Part shown: positions 11,401 to 37,529 of the stretch, one piece after another
Numbering within the stretch: the stretch's first letter is position 1
Layout: each line of letters opens with the position of its first letter
NCBI RefSeq assembly: GCF_018977255.1
Contig: NW_024704751.1
Coordinates: 15,872,001-15,936,000 of the forward strand
From: Callorhinchus milii
Lineage: Eukaryota
Reading direction: 5' to 3'
DNA: 64,000 bases
Made by a program: the position numbers and the translations under genes
The notes under the pieces: model-generated
Databases searched by the model: none
The model's input: the letters and a program-made list of their open reading frames with translations, nothing else
Told to the model about the DNA's origin: nothing

Positions 11401-14400
11401 AGGAGCGGAGGAGACAGAGAGTGGAAATAAGAGGAAAGATGTGCAAGATTTCACATTGAGGAGTAACTGACTGCTTCGAACTCTGACCTGGGATATCAGC
11501 TGCTAACCCAGGATATCACAATAATATTAAACCTTGCATTTGATATAGCGCCTTATCACTTCATTGAGACATTTCAAAGCGCTTCATAGAATATACTGTA
11601 AGGTGAGTTAACTGTATATTTTTAAGGTTGAAACGCAGCAGCCAATTACGCACAGTGGTGTCCCACAAACAGTTTTGGATTGAGCGACAAAATTATTATT
11701 ATTATTTTAAGGGATTAGCACCTCCAGAAAGCGATCCGCTAATCAACCTGGTTCCTACTTACTGCTAGGTAAACAGAGGCGTGTGGAGTAAGGAATCTTG
11801 CCTAAGGTTTCCGCCATGCCCAGGAATCGTTGAATATTCCAACCATAAATTCTAAATTTTAAATATCAGCCCTGAACTGAGATATCAGCCGCTCAGGACT
11901 CACCGTCCAGAATATCCAGAAGCCGTAATACCATTTCAGTAAAATCTCCCAGAAGAATATTGTGGTGACAATCTGCTCGAACATGGTGAAAATCAGAGAG
12001 TATTTCTGAGAGGAGGAAGCGGAGAGTTAGGGAGAGTCCAGACATGAGCGGAGCAGAGCAAGGAGGTGTGTCCCCCTGCGACCCACAATCACAGCCTCGC
12101 AGTCTGTCACCATCACAACAATCGACACTCATTTACTATCGGCAACAAGAGACTTCCTTTCAGTGTCAGAACCAGCAAAGTCACTGAGAGATTTACTGAG
12201 TCAGAAGGTCGGGGTTTGAGCCCCCCCCCCCCCCACTCCCAGTTAGGGGCCTTTGAGCTCACAGTCCAGGCTGAAAGCACAGCACAGTGCTGGGGGGGAA
12301 GGAGAGTTGGGGGCACCACAATGCAAGAAGCTCCGTCACACTGGATTCCAATTTAAAAACATTTTATTTGGAACCCATGGGGCCGAGTCTTTGTGTATAA
12401 TAATAATAATCCTTGCATTTGATATAGCGCCTCAACACATCATTGAGACATCTCAAAGTGCTTTGCAGAATATATTATAGTGGATTGACTGTTTATTTTA
12501 TAGGCAAAACGATCGTTCCGTATTTACTTTCTTGTGTTTTATAAGGTCTGCACAGGTGGAACTATCTCTTCTCAAACTTGCAGAGCCCCCGGCTTATCTA
12601 AATCTCCCTTTGCGGCTCATCCCCATTTTACGCAACCTCTGACCGAACGGTCAGCCTCACCTCTGAGAAGGAAGGTTCAGTTTGGAAACTGATAACGATC
12701 GACGTTCCGATCAGCAGCCCAACCGCCAGAGTCCTCAGGAAAACGTGGTCCAGCAAACTGTGCAGCATCACCTGGGTAATGTATTCTTCTGCCTCCCACT
12801 CATCCTTACAGTGAAGCACAGGATAGTTGAGAACATCCGACACTGACCCCCCTCCCCCCCCCCACTTCACCTTCAGCAGGAAGCCTCACACTATCCACTA
12901 CGCTAACAAGGAGTGGATGTGGAGGGGAGAGATATACTCAAACCATTCAAAAATTACAACTAGGACATGTGGCACATGTTAGGTTTTAGGCTCAAGGTTA
13001 CCTTCTGGTTTAAAGTTATTGTTAAGGTTAAGCAATAAGGGTTAGGGCATCTTCCCAAACACAGCCTCGTCTCACCCTTGTCCTCCCCCCACTCCACCCA
13101 TACACACAAACAGACACGCGGGCGCACGAACACATACACACACACAATTATTTTCATATTATGCCTCAACACATAAGGAGATGGAGCAGATGGAGTGTTA
13201 CCTTGAACTTTTTAAATTTGAAATAAACTTCCTCCTTTGGGATGCTCGATCTCCGCTTTTGGACTGGGTTCTAAGAGGGAAAGGGAAAAGCTGGGATCAA
13301 CTCCAGAAAACATCTGTTTATTTTTTGCCTCAAATCTGTGGCACCGTTTGAGACGCGATGTGTATGGAGCAGGTGTGGGCAGTCAGCACCGAGGAAGACA
13401 TGAGGAGAACACCTGAAACTGGAGGGAATTTGGGCTCATAGGAGGCATGTAAGTGTATCTTAGATATACTGTATATATATATATATATATTTCATGTTTT
13501 GCCCCTGCCTGGAAGAAGAGATAGTGCAGAAGAATGGGTCAATGTGATATTGCATAGTGCATGGAATTGATGGCATCCTTGCATCATGGAGATCCAACGA
13601 AAATCAATGCACGATATCAGAGCTCATGAAGGGGTATGAGCCGGATTGATTCTTACAATAAGGTGAATTCCTAATAATAATAAAATAATTATAATCCTTG
13701 TATTTGATATAGTGCCTTATCACGTCCCCAAGACATCTCAAAGAGCTTCACAGAATATACTGTAAAGTGAATTGACTTATTCTATATTCTGTGGGCAAAA
13801 GGCAGCAGTTAACCTTCCATCTCTTGTTCACGCCGTTTATTCTAGAATACATTCTCGTCAGGTCAGTCTGGCCATGATGGAAGGTGTCTGTGGGATGCTA
13901 AGGCAGGTGAGGGAGGGTGTGCATTTGATCACGCCCCAGGTTGGCCTCACTCAAGCACACACGCCGAGAACAAAAAAGAGATTGAGATTTGAATTGGCTC
14001 TCGCTCTGCCACAGAATACAGAATCCTTCCAATTTTTGCAGTCATAGGAGCACTTTGAGATAAATGATTACTCAATAGAATCCGCAAAGAACTATTTGGG
14101 AATTGGTTTAATGTGTTGCTGAGCTAAACATGTGACATAGTGGGGGGCGGGGGGAAAGGGAAAGGGAAAGTTCAGGGGAATTTCAACAGGATTTTTATTG
14201 AGAATTTAAAGTTGTTGTGTTTATACATTGGCTGTTTTCTCTCTGTGCTCCAAATATCACTCACACACCGAGTATTGAAATATTTAGTGTTCTGATCAGT
14301 ATTTCTGGTCACCGAGAGTTTGAATACTTCAACTCCCCAGTTTCTTCTTCATTCTCTTTCTTTGATTTTGAAAGCCTCCAATTTTCTTTGCTTTAAGAAG

Positions 14401-16828
14401 GAAAATCAATCGAGTTCTCAGCCTGAAATTGCTCTACAGAGTTGTGGAGTTTAAGGTTCGGTTTCTGAGCATGCAGAGGCAGCTCAGCTCAGCCATGTCT
14501 GCAGTTAGTGAGTTACAACTCCATATAATAATAATAATAATCCTTGCATTTGATATAGCGCTTTTCACGTCGGGAGGACGTCCCAAAGCGCTTCACAGAA
14601 CACACTGTAAAGTGAATTGACTGTATATTTGTGGGCGAACGCGGCAGCCAATTGCGCACAGCAATGTCCCACAAACAGTCGTAGATTGAAAATTACCAAT
14701 TTATTATTGTTTTTGGTTTTGGAGGGATTATTATTAGGAGTGTGGAGTAAGGAAACTTGCCCAAGGTTTCGCCCTCTGCCTGGAATTGAACTCAGGTCTC
14801 TCGCTTGCAAAGCGAGTGCTCTAACCACTGAGCTACAGGACTCCACATAATCATTGCATACTGTGCCGAGAATGCTGAAAGTACTTCACAAAGAATTGTT
14901 GCCAGGTGCACTGACTGTGTATTTATAGACAGACATAGCAGTCAAGTTGCATATAGCGTGATCCCACAAACAACAATGAAGTGAATGAACAATTTAACCA
15001 GTTGGCCAGGACACAGGAAGAGAAACTACCCTTTCTTTTCCAACAGTGTCACAGGATATTTAATACCCACCTGAAAATCCTGGCTGCAACTTGGTTTTAA
15101 CGTCTCATCTGAAGGACAGCACCTCTAACAACGCAACGAGTACAGCACTATACTATACTGGTGAGTCAGCCCAAACTGTAAGCTTCAAATCTCAATATGG
15201 GACCTGAACCCTCAAACTTCTGACTTGGAGGCGAGAGTGCTTCTAACTAACAAACAACTTATCTACAGTCTAGGCTAAAAATAAAGTGGACTCATTTTTA
15301 ATGCAGATAGGACATGCACAATTTAGTGAGATGTGAAGCAAACTCTCACAGTGAACTGGGTTTTAATGACTACAGTCAAATTCTGTGGCTGGAAATTAAT
15401 AATAGTAATAATCCTTGCATTTGATATAGCGCTTTTTCACATCTTCTCGACGTCTCAAAGCGCTTCACAGAATATGCTGTAAAGTGAATTGACTGTTTTT
15501 TTTTGTGTGGGGGCAAAACGCGGCAGCCAATTGCGCACAGCAGTATCCCACAAACAGTCGTGGATTGAAAATGACCAATTTATTATTGTTTTTTTTGTTT
15601 TGGAGGGATTATTATTAGGCGTGTGGAGTAAGGAAACTTGCCCAAGGTTTCGCCCTGACCTGGAATTGAACCCAAGTGTCTCGCTTGCAAGGCGGGTGCT
15701 CTAACCCCTGAGCTACAGGACTCTATGAAAATTATAACCTTAGCCTGTAAATCCACGTTTGCTTAAGGTTTAAGCTTGTGCAGGGGTGTGGAAAATGTAT
15801 TCAATTTTTATTTAGTGCGCAGATTCCTGTTATTTATTGTGCAAAACCAGCTTCTAAATTAAGAATTGAATGAATTAAAGAAGTTTCCACACTTCTGCGC
15901 GAGCCTGAATGTTAAGGTAAGATGGGCTCAGGAGGCTCAAAACCAGGTGCACCTTGAGGTCAAGCAGGTAAAAGGTGTGTTGCCATCCACAGCAAGTGCA
16001 GGGCAGAAACATGGGTGGTGGGGGGTGGGGGGGGGGGTGCAGTGTGAGTGAGCATCTGAGAGCATCCTCCCAATTGTCTGGTCAGCTGGAGAGCTGTGGA
16101 ATGGGCAAACCACCAGGGGAGAGTTATGGAGCCTGGGTGGGTGTGGGGTGGGAGGTTTGGGGTGAGTGAGTGAGTGGGTGGGGGGGGGTGTATGGGGTGG
16201 GTGGGAGTTGGGGTGTGTGGGGTGAGTGGGTGGGGGGAGGGGGGAGTGGGTTGGAGTTGGGGGGTGTGGGGTGAGTGGGTGGGGGGTATATTGGGTGGGT
16301 GGGAGTTGGGGGTGTGGGGTGAGTGGGTGGGAGTTGGGGGGTGTGGGGTGAGCGGGTGGGGGGGGTATATTGGGTGGGTGGGAGTTGGGGGGTGTGGGGT
16401 GAGTGGGTGGGAGTTGGGTGGTGTATATGGGGTGGGAGTTGGGGGTGTGGGGTGAGTGGGTGGGGGGTGAGTGGGTGGGGTGTGTGGGAGTTGGGGGGTG
16501 TGGGGTGAGTGGGTGTGGGGTGAGTGTGTGGGGTGTGTGGGTGTGGGGTGAGTGGGTGTGGGGTGAGTGGGTGTGGGGTGAGTGGGTGTGGGGTGAGTGG
16601 GTGGGGGGTATATTGGGTGGGTGGGAGTTGGGGGGTGTGGGGTGAGTGTGTGGGGTGAGTGGGTGTGGGGTGAGTGGGTGGGGGGTGAGTGGGTGGGGTG
16701 TGTGGGAGTTGGGGGGTGTGGGGTGTGTGGGGTGAGTGGGTGTGGGGTGGGGATCTGGTGAAAGTTTGGCAAAGACTCACAAGGATGGTGGTGAACCTTC
16801 GCAGAGTTGCCTGTCCTTTGAAGGTCAT
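8451..16828 (-). CDS. CATSPER4: Cation channel sperm-associated protein 4 (CatSper4), about 449 aa, 11 coding exons
   Basis: Minus-strand exons: 16828-16781 (GCCACCATG, tentative), 13270-13202 (tentative), 12804-12661, 12005-11904, 11396-11305, 10864-10735, 10465-10332, 10100-9920, 9253-9042, 8856-8715, 8546-8451 (TGA). All introns are GT-AG with consistent phases; total 1350 nt. Motifs: GFWIFW-xGWNI, S4 LRVLRLFRMVK, VILQSISDMANI, pore LFICITQDGW, S6 VVTANLEQ and C-terminal FCFVLQSMQQNL. It lies directly downstream of CNKSR1, as in human. Confidence 0.92.
9265..9572 (-). mobile_element. Near full-length tRNA(Ala)-derived Deu-type SINE in a CATSPER4 intron
   Basis: Head GTGGAGTCCTGTAGCTCAGTGGTTAGAGCACTCGCTTTGCAAGCGAG (A box, TGC anticodon), B box GTTCAATTCC, Deu core and (TTA)n tail. 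Confidence 0.9.
11521..11830 (-). mobile_element. SINE, long subfamily, 5'-truncated
   Basis: Tail and Deu core plus the extra CCTCTGTTTACCTAGCAGTAAGTAGGAACC segment. Confidence 0.8.
14525..14846 (-). mobile_element. Full-length SINE, young subfamily
   Basis: Complete tRNA head, Deu core and tail; near-identical to the 9265 copy. Confidence 0.9.
15398..15724 (-). mobile_element. Full-length SINE
   Basis: tRNA head, Deu core and tail. Confidence 0.85.
16130..16752. repeat. G-rich minisatellite (GGGTGTGGGGTGAGTGGGTGGGAGTT variants) in CATSPER4 intron 1
   Basis: Directly visible tandem low-complexity array. The Pro/His/Thr and Gly/Trp/Val ORFs here are artefacts of it. Confidence 0.95.
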
Positions 16829-16879
16829 GGTGGCTCAGCTGCTCCTTTGGGCTCTACCCCCCCCCCCCCCCCCCTCCCC

Positions 16880-17075
16880 CCGACAGCGCTACACGTGCCG
16901 GGTCCCCCTTCCACACGTCCTGACGTCACAGGGGAAGCCCTCTGTGACCTCACAGACCGCGTTCGGCCCGCTCTGCGCAGGCGCCGCTCCCCGCCCCGCC
17001 CCCCGCCCGCCAGCGCGGGCAATTCAAACCCTGCGAGCGCCACGTGCGGTCGGTCCACCTTCGGCCCTGCGCCAC
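16880..17075 (-). promoter_or_regulatory. CpG/GC-rich putative CATSPER4 promoter with a perfect CRE
   Basis: TGACGTCA at 16921-16928, about 90 nt upstream of the ATG; CACGTG at 16892 and 17041; CCCCGCCCC GC boxes around 16990-17010. Confidence 0.6.
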
Positions 17076-18575
17076 CATGTGCTTGAGAAGGGTTACCTTG
17101 TGCTCGCTCTGTTGCGGGGTGTTTGGTGGGGGGGGGGTGTGGGGGAGGTCACACGTAAATAGCGTGTAAACTCGCTCCATTGCGGAGCATTGCTGTGTGC
17201 AATTGTGCAGTTGCATTAGGCTACAAATACACAGTCACTACATTTCATAGTGATTCCTGTGGGTTAAGCCATCCTTCCTCTGTGATAAGCGACTGTACCG
17301 AAATGCAAGGATTAGTATTATTAGTATTATTATTATAGCTTCATTCCCAGCTCTCTGCCGTTACTGCCATCTCCAACAAATCAAACGCAGTGGTCAGAAT
17401 TTTAATTGAGAGGGAAAGAGCACCTCTTCTGTCCCCCTCTCTCCGCTCTCTTCTTGTGAAGGGCAGTAAATAATAGGACACAATGAATCACCTTCTATAC
17501 TGTACTTAAACCAGGTTTCACAGTGTGTGAGTTTCAGCAATACAGACTGACTGACCCTTTCTCTTGTGTATTTTCTATGAACTAAATAATTGAGTTGCCC
17601 CGAAGCAGCCATTGTATGGCTTTCCATTCCCCAACATTCTGCGTCTGTCCCTTTGTGCAACTGCTCTCCCTGACATTTTAAAACATCTGCTTCAAATCTC
17701 GACTTCAACAGTCTTTTCCCATTCCCCCACCCCCATAACAGCTGCAAAGAATATATATAAACCCAATGGAAATCGCATTTGTTTCGCTGGATTCACTAGA
17801 AACAGCCACCTCACGTGTAATCTAGTTTATTTCAACCAATGAATACAGGAGAGCACTAGGATAAATGTTGTATTTAATTCTGTAAATAGCTTATTTACAC
17901 TGATTAAACTTGTCTGAAATGGAAGCTGAGCAGCAGAACCAGGTAATGGTATTTGCAGAGTTCTTTAGATCAAAGTGATTAAAATTGCAGCCCAGTTACT
18001 CATAGCTTCCTAGGAGAACATTCACTTATACTTGTACAGCGCCTTTCACGTCAAATTAACCCTTCACAAGAGTGATATGGATTGCTAAGCAGTGAGGGTT
18101 CTGACCATGTGGTCAAAGAGATATGCTTTCCAGAAGGGTTATATATGGGAGGGAATACCCAGGGCAAAGAGTTTTGGGGAGAGGTTTCCGGCTCTTGGAG
18201 GCCTGAGCAGTTGAAAGCTCCGCCACCAATGGTGGGAAGGACTGATGAGTGAGGAGACAAAAGTTGGAAAAGCAGAAGGCCATGTGTAGGAGAACAGCAC
18301 CACTTCAATCCCCCACCACCCACACACACACACACACACACACAAGGCTCTGCTGTCTCCGCCTCACAAGCCCAGGCCCTGCTCACTGTTTCTTGCTTCA
18401 ATGATTTCATCAGCTTTAGGATCGAGACACACAAGAAAAATAAAGACAGATTGCTTTGAAGGCACTGAATTTCTTTGACAAAGAAAATGGGAGAAATCAG
18501 ACAGATTTGGAAAATCTTACTGAACCAGGGATGGAGCCTGACTCTGAGCACACTCGGAGACCACCCCCATCCCAC

Positions 18576-33587
<15,012 letters not shown>

Positions 33588-34089
33588 CTTCACCTGTTCC
33601 CCTGTCCAGGGATCACCAGCCTTCTCCCTCCCTCAATCCCTGGAGGAATTGGCAGGAAAAAACCTCTTGAGATCGTTCCTCCTTCACCACCAGTTCTGAT
33701 GAGCAGCTCCCAACTTCCACCCCCACAAAAAAAGTTGCACAAAAAAAAGTATAGTCTCTTCCGTTTGGGACTCGTCACTGGCAGGTAGGCGTTTGCATCT
33801 CTCATTGGGTTCCTGGTCTGGCAATCATTGCTGGTGGCCAAATACTGGTGAGAAACAGGGAGAGAAACACACACACACACACTCACACACAGACAGAGGA
33901 CCTTCCCTAACTCAGGTCACTGCAGCCACTCATACACAAGTCACACTCCACTTGACCACGATTTTCCCGTGGAAGCGCTTTGAGGTTATAATCTCTGTAT
34001 TGCATCCCCGCGCTTTAACGCACGGGACGAGAAGAGTCAGAACGCTGATTCGGGACCCGTGGCTGTGGTTTGATATCCAAAACAATGAT

Positions 34090-34445
34090 ATAATGATGAT
34101 AATAATCCTTGCATTTGATATCGCGCCTTATCGTGCCTTCGCAACGTCTCAAGGCGCTTCATAGGATACGCTGTAAGGTGAATTGACTGTGTGTTTTTGT
34201 GGGCGAGACGCGGCAGCCGATTACGCGCAGCAGCGTCCCGCAAATAGTCGGGCATTGAGTGAACAATTTTTTTTTTTGGAAGGGATTATTACCCCCAGAA
34301 AAGCGATCCACCAATCGACTAACAACCAGGTTCTTACTTACTGCTGGGTAAACAGAGGTGTGTGGAGTAAGGAAACTCGATCAATGTTTCGCACTGCCCG
34401 GGTCTTTTCGCTTGCAAGGCGAGCGCTCTAACCACTGAGCTACAG
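34090..34445 (-). mobile_element. SINE, long subfamily
   Basis: tRNA head, extra internal segment, Deu core and tail. Confidence 0.85.
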
Positions 34446-36879
34446 CCATCGAAACTGAGCCCGGCTTACGATAGAAATTGTATCTAGTAAAGTGCTAGAC
34501 TGACCACAGCCCCTCAATTACTCACTCACTTACTCACTCTGGATTCAACCCAAACAGGGTAGAAAAAGCAATTTTTATAATTTGCTACGGCCACTTTTAT
34601 CATTTGTACACAGTCGATCCACTTTACAATACTGTGTATTCTCTGTGAAGCACTTTGAGATGTCTCCACGACGTGATAAGGCACCATAGGAAATGTAAGG
34701 ATTATTAATTAGTATCTTCAAACACCCAGGGAAATGTCCCCATCAACCTTCAGAGAAATAAATGATGAATGACCTTGCATTAAAGCAAATTTTAATTGAC
34801 TAAATAAAATTTTGGACAAATTGTTTGCTGTTTCAATGATGATAATTTACCGTATTTTTGAAAAGCTTTTTAACCTTCCAAAGATCTCTGGGTGTGCTGC
34901 AGCCCCCCATCCCCCCCCAGCGCAAAGTGTGAACCTACTTTGGGGGGGGTCACTGGACTTGAACCAAAGTAATGATAATAATAATAATCGTTGCATTACA
35001 CTTCAGACTGAAGCTTGAAGCAGCAAATTTATTAACCACAAGTCAAGAGAGTTCTGATGAGAGGAGTGGAAATAGAATACACTCTCAAATGTTACGAGTG
35101 TGCTCTAGTGCTGGGGGGAGTGTTTCATTTTTTTGCTCTCTCTAGTTATTACCCTTTAGTTATTAAGTGACTAATGCTGGTTAATGGTGAGTTGAACCCC
35201 TATAGCGACCTCTCACTTCAGCAACTGATCGCAATCCGAGGCTCTATTTTGTATGCAGTTAGTTCAGAGTGAATCGCGCAGCAGGAATTCTGTTATTAAT
35301 AGGCAGAGTTGTGGCCCTAGCAAACCAGAGTCTTTAAATAGCCTATTACTACTTCGCTCCTGGGTGCCCAGAAAATGTTCTCTGTGCTGCAAAGAGTCTG
35401 ACCTTCAGCCTCAGAACCAGAGCCAAAGACAAGACCAAAAAAGTAGAGTGACTTATTATTACACCGAGAGACACAAAAGGAATGGACACCAGAGAGAGAG
35501 AGCGACCCTACTAGCATGGAGCAGAAATAGACCAAACATTTAAGGAAGGAAAGAAATGGGGCAGAGCGGGGAAGAAACTTTTGTCCACGCAAACACAGTC
35601 ACTCCACTTGACTACAATTTTCTCAAGCGCCTTGAGAGTCTGAGGTTATAATGATTGTTAGGTGCTGTAACAAATGCCAAGCAAAGTGGAAATGATTGAT
35701 GAGTTATTGATCCAATGCTGTGATTTGATATGAAAGATATCGAACCCGAGCCTGGCTTATAAGAGAAATCGTATTGATTGATATGGTGCTTTAATTTGAT
35801 CTAAATTACATATCTATCCCCCCCTAGTGCTTGGATATGGACAATGAGTAACTGTACTGACATACAGTAAAACTCGCACAAGTCTGATCTGTATAAATCA
35901 TATAATCGTCTGAATCGTACATCTGCCCAATTCTCGTTCAAGAGTTTTATATTCTATGTATGCTTGACATAACACGTACTTTTCACATGAAATCACATTA
36001 AATGTATGGTCCCAACTGATACACACACACACACATGCATCAGTAAAAGCAGTTTAAAGTAATTATTTTTAATTTGTCGCTTGCAGTTCAGTTTCATTGC
36101 CAAAATATATTGTGTTTGTGTGGAAAGGAAAGCGTTAAATGAATGACTGCTCTGGCCCTTGTGTTGTAGCCGTTAAACCATCGAATTCTTTGACATTGGG
36201 AAACATTCCAACATGAACAAACATCTGATAAATCTGTGGCGAACTTTGTCAAACCCAGCTAAATCTGCACATTCCGGGTGACTGAATGTACACGATCTAA
36301 TGAGCCAAACGGTTTGAGATTGTTTTGTACCTGACCGATGCTGGTATTTGGTGTGTGTGGGTGGGTGCTTTTACCTGCTGGAGTTTAAATTGAGGTTTTT
36401 GGTATGGAATGAATGGAATGAGAGCTTGAAGTGAATCCAGCTGTCAATCTGACTCCTGCAGATGGGGCTTCGGATGAATGAATCTGGTGAATGCTTCACT
36501 TTATCTACGAATGCCGAGCCATTATATTAGGACAAACTCATTATGCACCATCCAAGGAGCAGTGGGGCAGAACCTCGGTACAGTAACTAGGAAAATTTTG
36601 TTGTTGAACTGGGAACACCAGCGATGAGATTAACCAGTATTGATCTCACCAAGTATTGATCATTGCTTGTGATTCAGATATGGATTCTGGCTGGCACTGG
36701 GTATGGATTATTTTATCTGCGTAATGTAGCTCTGCAATGATTAGATATCAAATTGATTCTACACTCGATCAGATCTGCCACCTGTAAACTATCTATTAAG
36801 CTGTGATTAAATATCAGAGCTTGTTCTTCTTAGATATTGATAACTACACTCATCGCATATTGATCAGATGTCCTATAGC

Positions 36880-37229
36880 ATGGAGTTCCCCTAGCGTTGT
36901 GGTGATCGAGAGCATCTGGGTTCAATTCCCAGGCGGGACAAAACCTTAGGCAAGTTTCCTTGCTCCACATACCTGTTTACCTAACAGTAAGTAAGAACAC
37001 GTTTTTTTAGTTGATTGGCAGATCGATTTCTGGGGCAAATAATCCCTAAGAAAAAATTAATCATTCAATCCATGTCTGTTTGCGAGTCACTGCTGTGTGC
37101 AACTGGCTGCCACAATTCACCCACAAAATACACAGCCAATCCACTTTATAATATATTCTGTGAATTGCTTTGAGATGTCTCAATGACTGGATAAGGTACT
37201 GTATCAAATGCCAGGATTATTATTATTAT
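36880..37229 (+). mobile_element. SINE, long subfamily, diverged; just upstream of the hsp70 promoter
   Basis: B box GGTTCAATTCCC, internal segment, Deu core and (TTA)n tail. Confidence 0.8.
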
Positions 37230-37378
37230 ATCAATCGCTGCTCTGATCAGATATTCCTTGGTGCTGAACCTCTGCTGTGGCCCAGCCTCTATATTTAGGG
37301 TGGGGGTGGGGGCTGGGGGCTGGGGGCAGAGTCTGGGCCTGGGGCTGTACTGACGTGCATGGCTGACTAAGCTGGCTA

Positions 37379-37475
37379 TTTCCAGAAAAACGCTTAACGC
37401 CAAATGTCAGGCACAGGGAGCAGTGCCAAGCTGCCATCTGATCCACAGTCCAGAACATTCTACGATTTATAAAAA
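37379..37475 (+). promoter_or_regulatory. hsp70 promoter: heat-shock elements and TATA box
   Basis: tTTCcaGAAa at 37379-37388; aGAAcaTTCt at 37452-37461, preceded by a degenerate aGTCc; TATAAAAA at 37468-37475, about 55 nt before the ATG. Confidence 0.75.
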
Positions 37476-37529
37476 GGACAGCTCAGTGCGAGCCCTGCTA
37501 TCAGGCACTGAGTGTCCGGATCAGCAACA

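Noticed and set aside
14250-14395. Purine-rich possible extra CATSPER4 exon on the minus strand
   Set aside because: The frame compatible with the phase-0 neighbouring exons hits a stop codon.
14770-14846. tRNA-Ala(TGC)-like sequences (also at about 9500-9572, 22315, 26030-26099 and 39970)
   Set aside because: They lack a proper acceptor stem and continue into the SINE body and tail, so they are SINE heads rather than tRNA genes.
15960-16780. Long Pro/His/Thr-rich and Gly/Trp-rich ORFs
   Set aside because: They are translations of the G-rich minisatellite; only the adjacent 16828-16781 is used as a CATSPER4 exon.
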